Made by a program: the position numbers and the translations under genes. DNA of 30,537 nt, from positions 868,001 through 898,537 of the forward strand of contig CAWKCK010000017.1 in the NCBI GenBank assembly GCA_963848135.1, in the 5' to 3' direction. This stretch comes from an uncultured delta proteobacterium (GTDB taxonomy: Bacteria; Desulfobacterota; Desulfobacteria; Desulfobacterales; SG8-13). Each line of letters opens with the position of its first letter. Position 1 is the first letter of the stretch. This document shows positions 7,519 through 16,674 of this stretch, in pieces. Below the pieces are notes generated by a model. The model did no database searches, was not told the origin of the DNA, and was given only the letters and a program-made list of their open reading frames with translations.

Positions 7519-8667
7519 TTGTTAAAGTCGCAATTCGCAATGGACGTTGAACCCTTCACAGAAAAATTTCTCAGATATGCGCCCCACCGGGACATTGTCT
7601 TCGTGCTGGGTGCCGGTGCATCCCATCCCGACGGTGTCCCCCTGCAGCACGATATCCTGCCGATGATCATTTCTGACGAGACCTGCGGGATCGCGGGCTC
7701 GGCCATCGGCCAACAGATCAGAACTTTTGTCAATGACAACTTCTATGTTGAAGAGGGTGCGAATATCTACCCCAAGCTCGAAGCCGTCTTCGGATTTCTC
7801 GATTATTTCATCCAGCAGAACGAAAGCCTGAACTCAACCTACAATTACGCCACCATACGGCAGGTTAAGGAAAATCTGATCAAGGCGATCCATCACATCG
7901 TCAACCTGCGAACCGACGAAAGCAGTCAGATATACCATCTTTTCTGGAATTCAATCGCTCGCCACAATCGCAACGTGTCCGTCATCACCCTCAACTACGA
8001 TACCCTGCTCGAACAGGCCTTCGATTTTCTGTTCCGCAAATACGGCTATTTGGACTACTGCATCCACCTGATGAACTATGAACGCTCCGACCCGCTCAAA
8101 ACCTTCAATTTCTGGGTAAACCCCCGCCTGCCGGTCACGGTCGGTGCGCAAGAGGATCCGGTGCCATTTAAGGTCATCAAACTCCATGGCAGCCTGAACT
8201 GGAAATACTGCAACTGCTGCAACCAAGTCCTGCTGACGCCCTGGGATCGTAAGATCGACCTGAATCGCGGAAAATTGATCGGACACACCTATCCGGAGGC
8301 TGAAGAATACGATTACCATTGCCCGATCGACAGCACCGAGTTTCAGACGCTCATCTTGCCGCCCTCATACATGAAATCGTTGAACCATCCGATCATCGCC
8401 CAGCTATTCGGAGAGGCCGCGGGTGAGATTCGCGTCAGCCGCAAGATCGTTTTCATCGGTTATTCGCTCTCTGATGCGGATGTTCATATCAAAGCGCTGT
8501 TCATGCGGAACCTGCACAAAAATGTTCGGCTGGTTGTCGTCAACACCAAAAGGGCGGACCGGTTGAAGCAGCAGTATTGCGCCCTGTCCAGAAACGTCCA
8601 GTACCTCCACTGTTCGTTCGAAGATGTGGTCCAGGACACTCGGCTGATGCAACGGCTTTTGTCCTAA
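7519..8667 (+). CDS. SIR2-like (SIR2_2-type) NAD+-dependent protein with Zn-finger insert
   Basis: FVLGAGAS, ITLNYDTLLE, IKLHGSLNW, YCNCC...CPID, ILPP, VFIGYSL..AD motifs; alternative start ATG 7540. Confidence 0.85.
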   Translation: MLKSQFAMDVEPFTEKFLRYAPHRDIVFVLGAGASHPDGVPLQHDILPMIISDETCGIAGSAIGQQIRTFVNDNFYVEEGANIYPKLEAVFGFLDYFIQQNESLNSTYNYATIRQVKENLIKAIHHIVNLRTDESSQIYHLFWNSIARHNRNVSVITLNYDTLLEQAFDFLFRKYGYLDYCIHLMNYERSDPLKTFNFWVNPRLPVTVGAQEDPVPFKVIKLHGSLNWKYCNCCNQVLLTPWDRKIDLNRGKLIGHTYPEAEEYDYHCPIDSTEFQTLILPPSYMKSLNHPIIAQLFGEAAGEIRVSRKIVFIGYSLSDADVHIKALFMRNLHKNVRLVVVNTKRADRLKQQYCALSRNVQYLHCSFEDVVQDTRLMQRLLS

Positions 8668-8876
8668 AGTAAGGGCCCGAATCTTCCTTACCGTCATCTT
8701 TGGCCGGGCGGACATCGAAATTCTATATCACACAAACATCGGGTATATCCTGCCATCACTGAGACAGCCTGCACTCCCGGTTGGACGTATCCCCCGTTGG
8801 AAGCCGGAGGTGCTGCCGTCGGCACACGACACGCTTTACAAACACTTTTTCTGCATTATTTTTCAGTCTCGAAACG

Positions 8877-8892
8877 AAAAGTAATTACTTTT
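8877..8892. promoter_or_regulatory. Perfect 16-bp palindrome upstream of lon (candidate operator)
   Basis: AAAAGTAATTACTTTT equals its own reverse complement; it ends 74 bp before the lon ATG. Confidence 0.45.
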
Positions 8893-8966
8893 TGTAAGCG
8901 TTTGTTGGCACGAACCGAAAATATCGACAACCAAGCATCCGTGCTTGTCAAAATAAAGGTGAAGGC

Positions 8967-11423
8967 ATGAGCGACAAAGAAAAACCGATAGCGCCGAGCA
9001 GTGAATTAAACTCGGAGAGCAAACCCGAAACCCAAACGGATATTCCCAACGAACTTCCCATACTGCCCTTGCGAAATACGGTTGCTTTTCCGTTCTCGAT
9101 GGTCCCGTTGACGGTCGGCATTCCTCGATCGGTAAAACTTGTCAATGACGCCCTTAAGGGTGATCGCTTGATCGGCCTTGTCAGTATGAAACACCCGGAG
9201 ATTGAAGAACCGCTACCGGGTCAAACTTATGAGGTCGGCACGATTGCCAAAGTCGAGCACGTCACCCGTTCGGACGATAACAGCCTCCAGGTCATCGTCC
9301 AGGGCATCGAACGGTTCCGAATCGAATACTGGCTGTCCGACAAGCCCTATCTGCGGGCCCATATCGCCTTGGCACCGGACAAAATCGAAGAAGATACCGA
9401 ACTGGATGCGCTGCAGCGTAACCTGCGGGAATTAGCCCGACAGGTGGTGGCACTGTCTCCCAAGTTTCCCAAGGAGGTTGGGGATTACCTTGCCCAGGTT
9501 AAAAATCTCCGCTACCTAGTCTATCTGGTTGCCAGTGGGGCCGGTTTGGAGGTTTCAAAAGCACAGCAGATACTCGATATCGATTCATTGAAAGAAAAAT
9601 TCCGCCTGCTGATCGCCCATCTCTCGCGTGAAAAAGAGGTCTTGGCGATAGGGAAAAAAATCGAATCCGAAGCCCGCGAAGAAATGAACAAAGCCCAACG
9701 CGAATACTATCTACGCCAGCAACTGCGCGCCATTCAAAAGGAACTGGGCGAAACGGACCAGGAACAGTCCGAAATCGACGAATACACCATGAAAATAGAC
9801 GATGCCGCTCTGCCGGACGAAGCACGCAAGGAGGTCGAACGCGAACTCAAACGTCTTTCGGGCATGTCGCCCCAGGCGGCCGAATATTCGGTTATCAAAA
9901 CCTACCTGGATTGGTTGGTGGATCTGCCCTGGAACAAAACAAGTGAGGACCAGACCGACATCCCACGGGCACGCATCGTCCTGGATGAGGATCACTACGG
10001 TCTCGATGATGTAAAGCAACGGATTATCGAATATCTAGCAGTGCGCAAATTGATCCATGAGCGTGGTGGCGAAAAGCCGGTTCGGGCCGATGGACGTACG
10101 GACGCCATGGGGGTCATCCTCTGTTTTGCCGGCCCTCCCGGCGTGGGCAAGACCAGCCTCGGCCAGGGTATCGCCCGATCCTTGGGGCGGAAATTCACGC
10201 ATATGAGTTTAGGGGGCATGCGTGATGAGGCCGAAATCCGTGGACACCGCCGGACTTACATCGGCGCCATGCCGGGCCGCATCATTCAGGCGATTAAACG
10301 CGCCGGTACACGCAATCCGGTTTTCATGCTCGACGAGGTGGACAAAATCGGCGTCGACTGGCGCGGCGATCCCAGCAGTGCTCTTCTGGAAGTCCTTGAC
10401 CCCGCACAAAATCACGCCTTCCGGGATCATTACCTGGATGTGGACTTTGATTTGAGCGACGTGATATTCATTACGACCGCCAACCAACTCGAAACCATCC
10501 CCGCACCGCTGCAAGACCGGATGGAAATCATCCCGCTCGACGGCTACACGGAATACGAAAAGCTGCACATTGCCCAGCGCCACCTGGTACCGCGGCAGTT
10601 TGCGGCCCATGCGCTGAAGGAAGACGAAATCACTTTCACCGACGAAGCCCTTCGAAAAATCATCCAGGATTACACCCGCGAAGCCGGTGTCCGCAATCTG
10701 GAACGTCAGATCGGAGCCATTTGCCGCAAGAGCGTGGTCAAGATTGCCGCTCAGGAGTGGCCGCATGTGGTCATTACGCCGGAATTGGTCCGCGAATACC
10801 TGAAAAAGGAAAAATTTGAATCTGAGCTGTCAGAGAATATAGAAATACCCGGCATTGCCACCGGTTTGGCTGTCACCGCTGTCGGCGGTGACATTCTGTT
10901 TATCGAAGCCACCCGCATGAATGGAAAAGGCAAACTCACCCTTACAGGTCAACTCGGCGATGTGATGCGGGAAAGCGCCCAGATTGCCCACAGCTATGTC
11001 CGGTCGAAGTCCCGCGGACTGCATGTCGATCCGGATCAGTTTGAAAAAACTGACGTGCATTTACACGTACCTGCCGGTGCGGTTCCAAAGGATGGGCCCT
11101 CCGCCGGTGTCGCCATGGTGTTGGCCATGGCCAGTTTGTTCAGTGGACGGCCGCTGCGTGGAGATGTCGGCATGACCGGAGAGGTGACGCTGCGTGGACG
11201 GGTCTTGCCGGTGGGTGGTACCAAACAGAAACTGCTGGCAGCGCATCGCGCCGGCCTGACGACAGTCATACTGCCGAAGCGTAACGAGAAAGACCTGGAC
11301 GATCTTCCGGATGAGGTCCGCAACACACTGATATTCGTTACGGTCGATCATATCGACGACGCCTTGCGAGTGGCATTCTTGACAGATGAGGCTGGTGTCG
11401 ATCTTACGGAAACCGTCAGCTGA
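8967..11423 (+). CDS. lon: ATP-dependent Lon (LonA) protease
   Basis: N-domain LPILPLRN..FP, Walker A GPPGVGKTS, Walker B MLDEVDK, catalytic PKDGPSAG Ser with Lys 43 residues later. Confidence 0.97.
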   Translation: MSDKEKPIAPSSELNSESKPETQTDIPNELPILPLRNTVAFPFSMVPLTVGIPRSVKLVNDALKGDRLIGLVSMKHPEIEEPLPGQTYEVGTIAKVEHVTRSDDNSLQVIVQGIERFRIEYWLSDKPYLRAHIALAPDKIEEDTELDALQRNLRELARQVVALSPKFPKEVGDYLAQVKNLRYLVYLVASGAGLEVSKAQQILDIDSLKEKFRLLIAHLSREKEVLAIGKKIESEAREEMNKAQREYYLRQQLRAIQKELGETDQEQSEIDEYTMKIDDAALPDEARKEVERELKRLSGMSPQAAEYSVIKTYLDWLVDLPWNKTSEDQTDIPRARIVLDEDHYGLDDVKQRIIEYLAVRKLIHERGGEKPVRADGRTDAMGVILCFAGPPGVGKTSLGQGIARSLGRKFTHMSLGGMRDEAEIRGHRRTYIGAMPGRIIQAIKRAGTRNPVFMLDEVDKIGVDWRGDPSSALLEVLDPAQNHAFRDHYLDVDFDLSDVIFITTANQLETIPAPLQDRMEIIPLDGYTEYEKLHIAQRHLVPRQFAAHALKEDEITFTDEALRKIIQDYTREAGVRNLERQIGAICRKSVVKIAAQEWPHVVITPELVREYLKKEKFESELSENIEIPGIATGLAVTAVGGDILFIEATRMNGKGKLTLTGQLGDVMRESAQIAHSYVRSKSRGLHVDPDQFEKTDVHLHVPAGAVPKDGPSAGVAMVLAMASLFSGRPLRGDVGMTGEVTLRGRVLPVGGTKQKLLAAHRAGLTTVILPKRNEKDLDDLPDEVRNTLIFVTVDHIDDALRVAFLTDEAGVDLTETVS

Positions 11424-11462
11424 CACCAGAAGTCCAACGACACGGGAAAATAGCGGCGTTTG

Positions 11463-11480
11463 CCTGCATCTGCCCGCAGG
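11463..11480. terminator. Small hairpin between convergent lon and cyclodeaminase genes
   Basis: CCTGC-N8-GCAGG stem; no clear U-tract. Confidence 0.3.
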
Positions 11481-11482
11481 GA

Positions 11483-12100
11483 TTAGAACTTGACCTGTTC
11501 GAGGATCTCTTTTTCACGGCGAATGATGTCCGCCGCCAAGATATCTATTTTACGCGTGATTTCGTTGACGAATTCATCGTCCTTAATGGCAGTCAAGTTT
11601 ATCCGCACATTGTAAATCGCCGCCAGACCGGCTGAACGGGCCATCATGGCGGCCACCGCTCCATCGGTTGCCGCGTTGGGATTGCCATGCTGGACCACAC
11701 TGCCGGCCATTTCAATGATCCGGCATACCCTTTCAGCCAGTGCCAAGGGGACCAGCGCCGCACCTTTCATGGCCTTCTGGATGGCACGGGTGCGTGAAGC
11801 CTTATCTGCGGCGGTTTTCTTTGGCATTTTGAATGCGTTAATAACCTTACGGTACGCTTCCGGATCCCGGTCGATGTCTTCCGTGCAATGCATTCTCATA
11901 TCGGCTGCAGCGGCGCATATATCTTCCATCTCCTCATGCACGCCTTCGAATCCTTTTCGGCCGACGGTCAGGCCGGCAACCATTTCAGAGAGCGCCGCCG
12001 CCAGAGAGGCGCTAACAGCAGCGACACTGCCCCCCCCGGGAACCGGAGCAGATGATGCCGTTTCCTTCAAATAATCTATGATGGACAGGTCAGCATACAT
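11483..12100 (-). CDS. fchA: Formiminotetrahydrofolate cyclodeaminase / methenyl-THF cyclohydrolase (FTCD_C family)
   Basis: ASSAPVPGGGSVAA, GNPNAATD, NVRINL..IKD motifs; overlaps hutI stop by 11 nt. Confidence 0.9.
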   Translation of the reverse strand: MYADLSIIDYLKETASSAPVPGGGSVAAVSASLAAALSEMVAGLTVGRKGFEGVHEEMEDICAAAADMRMHCTEDIDRDPEAYRKVINAFKMPKKTAADKASRTRAIQKAMKGAALVPLALAERVCRIIEMAGSVVQHGNPNAATDGAVAAMMARSAGLAAIYNVRINLTAIKDDEFVNEITRKIDILAADIIRREKEILEQVKF

Positions 12101-13376
12101 GTCCGCCCCCCTTCTGATGGTAATTATCGAAAACGATCGTCCCCTTCTTGATCACCGTTTCGACCGTACTGACGCCGATATGGTAAGGAATAAATGTGTA
12201 TGAAGGAAACTCGAGAATGATGAGATCCGCCTGCTTACCGGGATCGATGCTGCCGATGGTGTCGGCACGGTCAACGGCGGCCGCACCGTTTAGGGTCAGT
12301 GCCGTAATCGCTTCCTCGGTGCCGATGTTCATGCAGAGGGTCGCCAGAGCGATAATCAGTGGCGTTGATTCCGTAAAACAGCTGCCGGGATTGAAATCCG
12401 AGGCCAGCGCAACAGCGCAGCCACGGTCGATCATCTCGCGTCCCCGGGCATACGGTTCCCTAAGGCTGAATGCTGTCCCCGGCAGCAGTGTGGCAACAAT
12501 GCCTTTGCGCCCCAGTTCGCGAATACCCCTGTCCGAGGCTTGTAAAAGATGATCCGCAGAGACCGCACCAATCTCGGCTGCCAGTTCGGTACCGCCTATG
12601 GGCGCGATTTCATCGGCATGGAGCTTCAATTTAAATCCGAGCCGGCGGGCTTTTAGTAGCAGCCGCCGCGACTGATCGATCGAGAACACATTCTTTTCAC
12701 AAAAGATGTCACAGAATTCGGCCAGGCGTCTGTCGGCAACTTCAGGCATCACCGTGTCCAACATGAAGTCGATGTAGTCCTCTTCCCTGCCCCTGTACTC
12801 CGGTGGCACGGCATGGGCCCCCATATATGTCGGGACGATGTCCACGGGATGTTCACGATCGAGGATCTGCATAACCTCGAGCTGCTTGATCTCGGTCTGC
12901 CGGTCGAGTCCGTAACCGCTTTTGCCCTCGACCGTCGTCACGCCGAAAGAAAGCATGCTGTCGAGCCGGCGGCGACCGGAAGCAACCAAATCCGGCACAC
13001 TGGCGTTACGGGTGGCGCTAACGGTACTGAGGATCCCACCGCCGCTCTGCATGATATCCATGTAGCTGTCGCCGCGGAGCCGCCAAGAATATTCTTCCGC
13101 CCGATACCCGCCGAAAACAAAATGCGTATGGGAATCGACGAATCCCGGCAGCACCGCCTTGCCCGATGCATCGATAATCTCGAAGCCGGTCAGATCCATT
13201 CCCTGCAGAAGCGCCGATGACTTTCCGACCGCTTGAATGCGGCCCTTCCGTACAACGACCGCCCCGTCCTCGATGATGCCGAGATCGGCCATCTCGGATC
13301 CGCGTTTGGCTCTGAACCCGCTGCAGGTCACAACCTGCGCGGCGTTCTTGATGATAAGGTTTGCGTTCATCGTCAT
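12090..13376 (-). CDS. hutI: Imidazolonepropionase
   Basis: PGFVDSHTH, GVTTVEGKSGYGL, DIFCEKNVFS, LHADEI, SADHL, ALASDFNPGS motifs. Confidence 0.97.
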   Translation of the reverse strand: MTMNANLIIKNAAQVVTCSGFRAKRGSEMADLGIIEDGAVVVRKGRIQAVGKSSALLQGMDLTGFEIIDASGKAVLPGFVDSHTHFVFGGYRAEEYSWRLRGDSYMDIMQSGGGILSTVSATRNASVPDLVASGRRRLDSMLSFGVTTVEGKSGYGLDRQTEIKQLEVMQILDREHPVDIVPTYMGAHAVPPEYRGREEDYIDFMLDTVMPEVADRRLAEFCDIFCEKNVFSIDQSRRLLLKARRLGFKLKLHADEIAPIGGTELAAEIGAVSADHLLQASDRGIRELGRKGIVATLLPGTAFSLREPYARGREMIDRGCAVALASDFNPGSCFTESTPLIIALATLCMNIGTEEAITALTLNGAAAVDRADTIGSIDPGKQADLIILEFPSYTFIPYHIGVSTVETVIKKGTIVFDNYHQKGGGHVC

Positions 13377-13379
13377 AGG

Positions 13380-14276
13380 CTACTCGTAAAGGCGGGTTTC
13401 GAGTACCTGTTCGGGAGAAAAGTCTTCCAGCCCCAGGTAATAGGCAGCGGTATCCACCAGTGCCGCCATCGGCACCAGACCGACAACCTCACTGCCGATC
13501 ACGTTAACCCCGTATCGTCTGGCTTCGATCCGGATCAGCTCGAACGCCCGATAAAGGGCCGTTCGGGTGTAATCGGTCATGTTCATCGAGACCTGTACGA
13601 TGCCGCGGTCTGCAAGGTCAATCCCCAGCGCTTTACAGTGTTGCAGTCCACCGCTGATATGCCTGACCCTTTTGGCGATACTATTGGCGATATCGAGTTT
13701 ATCGGTGTCCAGATTGACGTTGAAAGCCACCAGCGGCATCCGCGCACCCATTGCGGTTACACCCGCAGACGGATGAACCGTATGCGGTCCGAAATCGGGT
13801 GCCCATTTCGGATCTTTTATTTTGTCTGCCATCCCCTCGAACTGGCCTTTGCGGATGGCCGCTAAATTCTTACGTTCCACCCGATCCGCCGATGCCTCAT
13901 AAAGAAATATCGGCAGGTCGTATTTCTGCGAGGCCTCCGCCGCAACCGCTTTTGAAAGCGCCACAGCTTCGGTCATGGTAACGTTTTTCACCGGGATAAA
14001 AGGCACCACGTCCACGGCACCCATGCGGGGGTGCTGACCTTGGTGTCGTCGCATATCGATAATTGCAATGGCTTCCCCCATGGCCGCTATCACCGCTTTG
14101 TGCATCTCTGCGGGTTCACCGATTGCCGTCACCACGAGGCGGTTATGATCCTCGTCGCGTTGTGTATCAAGAAGCTTGACGCCGCGCGTTGTTTTGAACG
14201 GCGCTATGATCCTTTCGATGCTGGCGACGTTGCGCCCTTCACTGAAATTGGGAACACACTCGATAATTTTATTCAT
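13380..14276 (-). CDS. ftcD: Glutamate formimidoyltransferase
   Basis: IIECVPNFSEGR, DHNRLVVT, HQGQHPRMGAVDVVPFIP, QVSMN, GSEVVGLVP; start set at ATG 14276 after AAGGAG. Confidence 0.95.
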   Translation of the reverse strand: MNKIIECVPNFSEGRNVASIERIIAPFKTTRGVKLLDTQRDEDHNRLVVTAIGEPAEMHKAVIAAMGEAIAIIDMRRHQGQHPRMGAVDVVPFIPVKNVTMTEAVALSKAVAAEASQKYDLPIFLYEASADRVERKNLAAIRKGQFEGMADKIKDPKWAPDFGPHTVHPSAGVTAMGARMPLVAFNVNLDTDKLDIANSIAKRVRHISGGLQHCKALGIDLADRGIVQVSMNMTDYTRTALYRAFELIRIEARRYGVNVIGSEVVGLVPMAALVDTAAYYLGLEDFSPEQVLETRLYE

Positions 14277-14347
14277 CACGGCAGCGTCTCCTTTTTTGCC
14301 CGACGGCCTTGTCAATCTTTACTGAAACTCCAAAGGGTACCAGCATC

Positions 14348-16390
14348 TCAGTCACTCCCGGCTGAAACCTGGGATAAAAGGCGCGCGATCAAACGATCGT
14401 CGGCGACATACGGCAGTGTGATCAAATCTGTTCCATTTCTCAGAGTGTTGTAATGGATTCCCGTTTCAACGGCATTTTCATTGCGTGCCCATGCGCGTCG
14501 GGCCACACCGCCCATGACATCCCAAGGAATCGCAAGACGAATGATATCGTCTACCCGTTCGCTCCCGTCCAAAACCAGTCCGAATCCGCCATTGATCGCA
14601 TTTCCGATGCCGACCCCTCCCCCGTTGTGAAGGGCCACCAAACTCATTCCACGGGCGGCGTTGCCGGCAAAACAATGGGTGGCCATTTCGGCCATGATGT
14701 TGCTACCATCTTTTATGTTGGCGGTTTCACGGAATGGGGAATCCGTGCCGCCGGTATCATGGTGATCCCGCCCGAGCATCACGGGGCCGATATCACCGTT
14801 GCGAACCATGGCATTGAATCTCAGGGCGATTTTCATGCGGCCAAAGGCGTCCTGGTAGAGAATTCGCGCCTGTGTGCCGATAACCAGTTTGTTTTTGTCG
14901 GCATCGTGTATCCAGTTATAATTATCACGGTCCTGGAACCGACGGCTGGGATCGATACAGTCCATCGCGGCCTCGTCGGTTTTCAAAAGGTCTTCTTTTC
15001 GGCCACTCAAACAGACCCACCGAAAGGGACCGTACCCGTAATCGAACAGCAACGGTCCCATAATGTCCTCGACATAGGAGGGAAACATGAAACCGTCTGT
15101 GGTGTCTTTCCCGTTCTTACAAATTTCCTTTACGCCGGCATCGTATACCGCCTTCATGAAGCTATTGCCGTAGTCGAAAAAATACACCCCGTCTTCAACC
15201 AGCTTCTTTACGACCTCGAAATGTCGCCTCAAAGAACGGTCGACGAACCCCCTGAAGGCTGACGGATCGGTCCTGAGCATTTCCGTCCGCTCTCCGAAGC
15301 TCACGCCCTGGGGGCAATACCCCCCGTCGTAAACCGCATGACATGACGTCTGATCGGAAAGCAGGTCGATATTTTTTCCGTAGCGGATTGCATGCTCGAG
15401 CAGATCGACGATGTTGCCGTGGAAAGCGACGGCAAACCCCTGACGGTTCTCGATGTATTTGCCTGCCAGGGAAAAAGCCTCGGCCGGTTCGTCTGCAATC
15501 GCACCAAGCCAGCCCTGATCATGGCGGGTTTCGATTCTGGAGCGGTCGACTTCGGCAATGATTCCCACGCCCCCGGCAATTTCGACGGCTTTGCCCTGGG
15601 CGCCACTCATCCCACCCAAACCGGATGAAACGAACAGCCGGCCGGACAGGTTTTCTTCGGGCGGAATACCGAGAACGGATCGTCCGGCATTCAACAGGGT
15701 GCTGTAAGTGCCGTGAACGATTCCCTGGGGTCCGATATACATCCAGCCGCCGGCCGTCATCTGCCCGTAATTGGCCACACCGAGTGCCGCAGCCCGTTGC
15801 CAGTTCTCCTGATCATCGAAGGCCCCAACCATCAGTGCATTGGTAATGATAACGCGAGGGGCCGCCGGTGAGGATGCGAAAAGTCCGAGCGGGTGTCCCG
15901 AAGAGACAACCAACGTCTGCTCACGGGTCAATATTTCAAGAAAGCGTGCGATCAGCCGGTACTGCATCCAGTTCTGACAGACCTGACCGGTCTCTCCATA
16001 CGTCACCAACTCATACGGGTAGAGGGCGATGTCGAAATCCAGATTGTTGTCGATCATTACCTGAAACGCCCGCCCTTCGATACAGTTGCCCTTGTATGCA
16101 CCGATCGGCTGCCCGTAAATTCGGCCTTCCGGTCGGAACCGATAACCGTAGATTCGTCCCCGGGCAAGCAATTCTTCCAGAAATTCTGGTGCCAGTATGG
16201 CATGCCATTTATCTGGTATGTACCGCAGGGCATTCCGCAGAGCGAGATCGATTTCACTGCGGGACAGTGTGATCTTCCTTCTGGGAGCCCGGCGGATTCC
16301 CTCGGCAAAAGCCGGTAATTTTGGCAATTCATTGAATATCTCATCCAACCGGACACGCATGGATGCAGCGATTTTTCGGTTGTCTGGCAT
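14348..16390 (-). CDS. hutU: Urocanate hydratase (long, ~680-aa type)
   Basis: YGQMTAGGWMYIGPQGIVHGT, GLGGMSGAQ, SDQTSCH, GYGPFRW, GRDHHD, HNGGGVG motifs. Confidence 0.97.
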   Translation of the reverse strand: MPDNRKIAASMRVRLDEIFNELPKLPAFAEGIRRAPRRKITLSRSEIDLALRNALRYIPDKWHAILAPEFLEELLARGRIYGYRFRPEGRIYGQPIGAYKGNCIEGRAFQVMIDNNLDFDIALYPYELVTYGETGQVCQNWMQYRLIARFLEILTREQTLVVSSGHPLGLFASSPAAPRVIITNALMVGAFDDQENWQRAAALGVANYGQMTAGGWMYIGPQGIVHGTYSTLLNAGRSVLGIPPEENLSGRLFVSSGLGGMSGAQGKAVEIAGGVGIIAEVDRSRIETRHDQGWLGAIADEPAEAFSLAGKYIENRQGFAVAFHGNIVDLLEHAIRYGKNIDLLSDQTSCHAVYDGGYCPQGVSFGERTEMLRTDPSAFRGFVDRSLRRHFEVVKKLVEDGVYFFDYGNSFMKAVYDAGVKEICKNGKDTTDGFMFPSYVEDIMGPLLFDYGYGPFRWVCLSGRKEDLLKTDEAAMDCIDPSRRFQDRDNYNWIHDADKNKLVIGTQARILYQDAFGRMKIALRFNAMVRNGDIGPVMLGRDHHDTGGTDSPFRETANIKDGSNIMAEMATHCFAGNAARGMSLVALHNGGGVGIGNAINGGFGLVLDGSERVDDIIRLAIPWDVMGGVARRAWARNENAVETGIHYNTLRNGTDLITLPYVADDRLIARLLSQVSAGSD

Positions 16391-16441
16391 GCACTCACCC
16401 TCTCCTTTCGGTGTTGTCCAACAACGTCCCGTTCCATGTAA

Positions 16442-16469
16442 ATTATGTCAACCCGTTTGAAAAAATCAA
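16442..16469 (-). promoter_or_regulatory. Candidate extended -10 sigma70 promoter for the hutU operon
   Basis: Minus strand TTGATT, N16 ending in TGA, then CATAAT (TGn-CATAAT). Confidence 0.4.
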
Positions 16470-16674
16470 GCGTGGAAAAGAGGACCCAGGATTGAGTTTT
16501 TATTTCAACTGTACTATCCAGGAATTTGGCGTTTGTTGGTATTCAATTAGCGAGTGGTCATGGGATTCATTCGAAGAAAATTCCAGGGGAATCCTATTTT
16601 AAATGTGTACCCCCTTAAATGAGGGAATTGCAACTTAAGATCAACCCTTTTTCTTCAAACAACAGGAAACGAAT

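Noticed and set aside
7501..7521. Rrf2 and SIR2 are in the same frame, with a TGA stop (possible selenocysteine readthrough fusion)
   Set aside because: An in-frame TAA at 7516-7518 blocks a fusion.
8820..8925. sigma54 promoter candidates upstream of lon (GGCACACGACACGC; TGGCACGAACCGAAA)
   Set aside because: The first lacks TT at -14/-13 and the leading T; the second lacks the -12 GC.
14453..15262. 269-aa + strand ORF
   Set aside because: Entirely antisense to hutU with no recognisable domain; codon-bias shadow.
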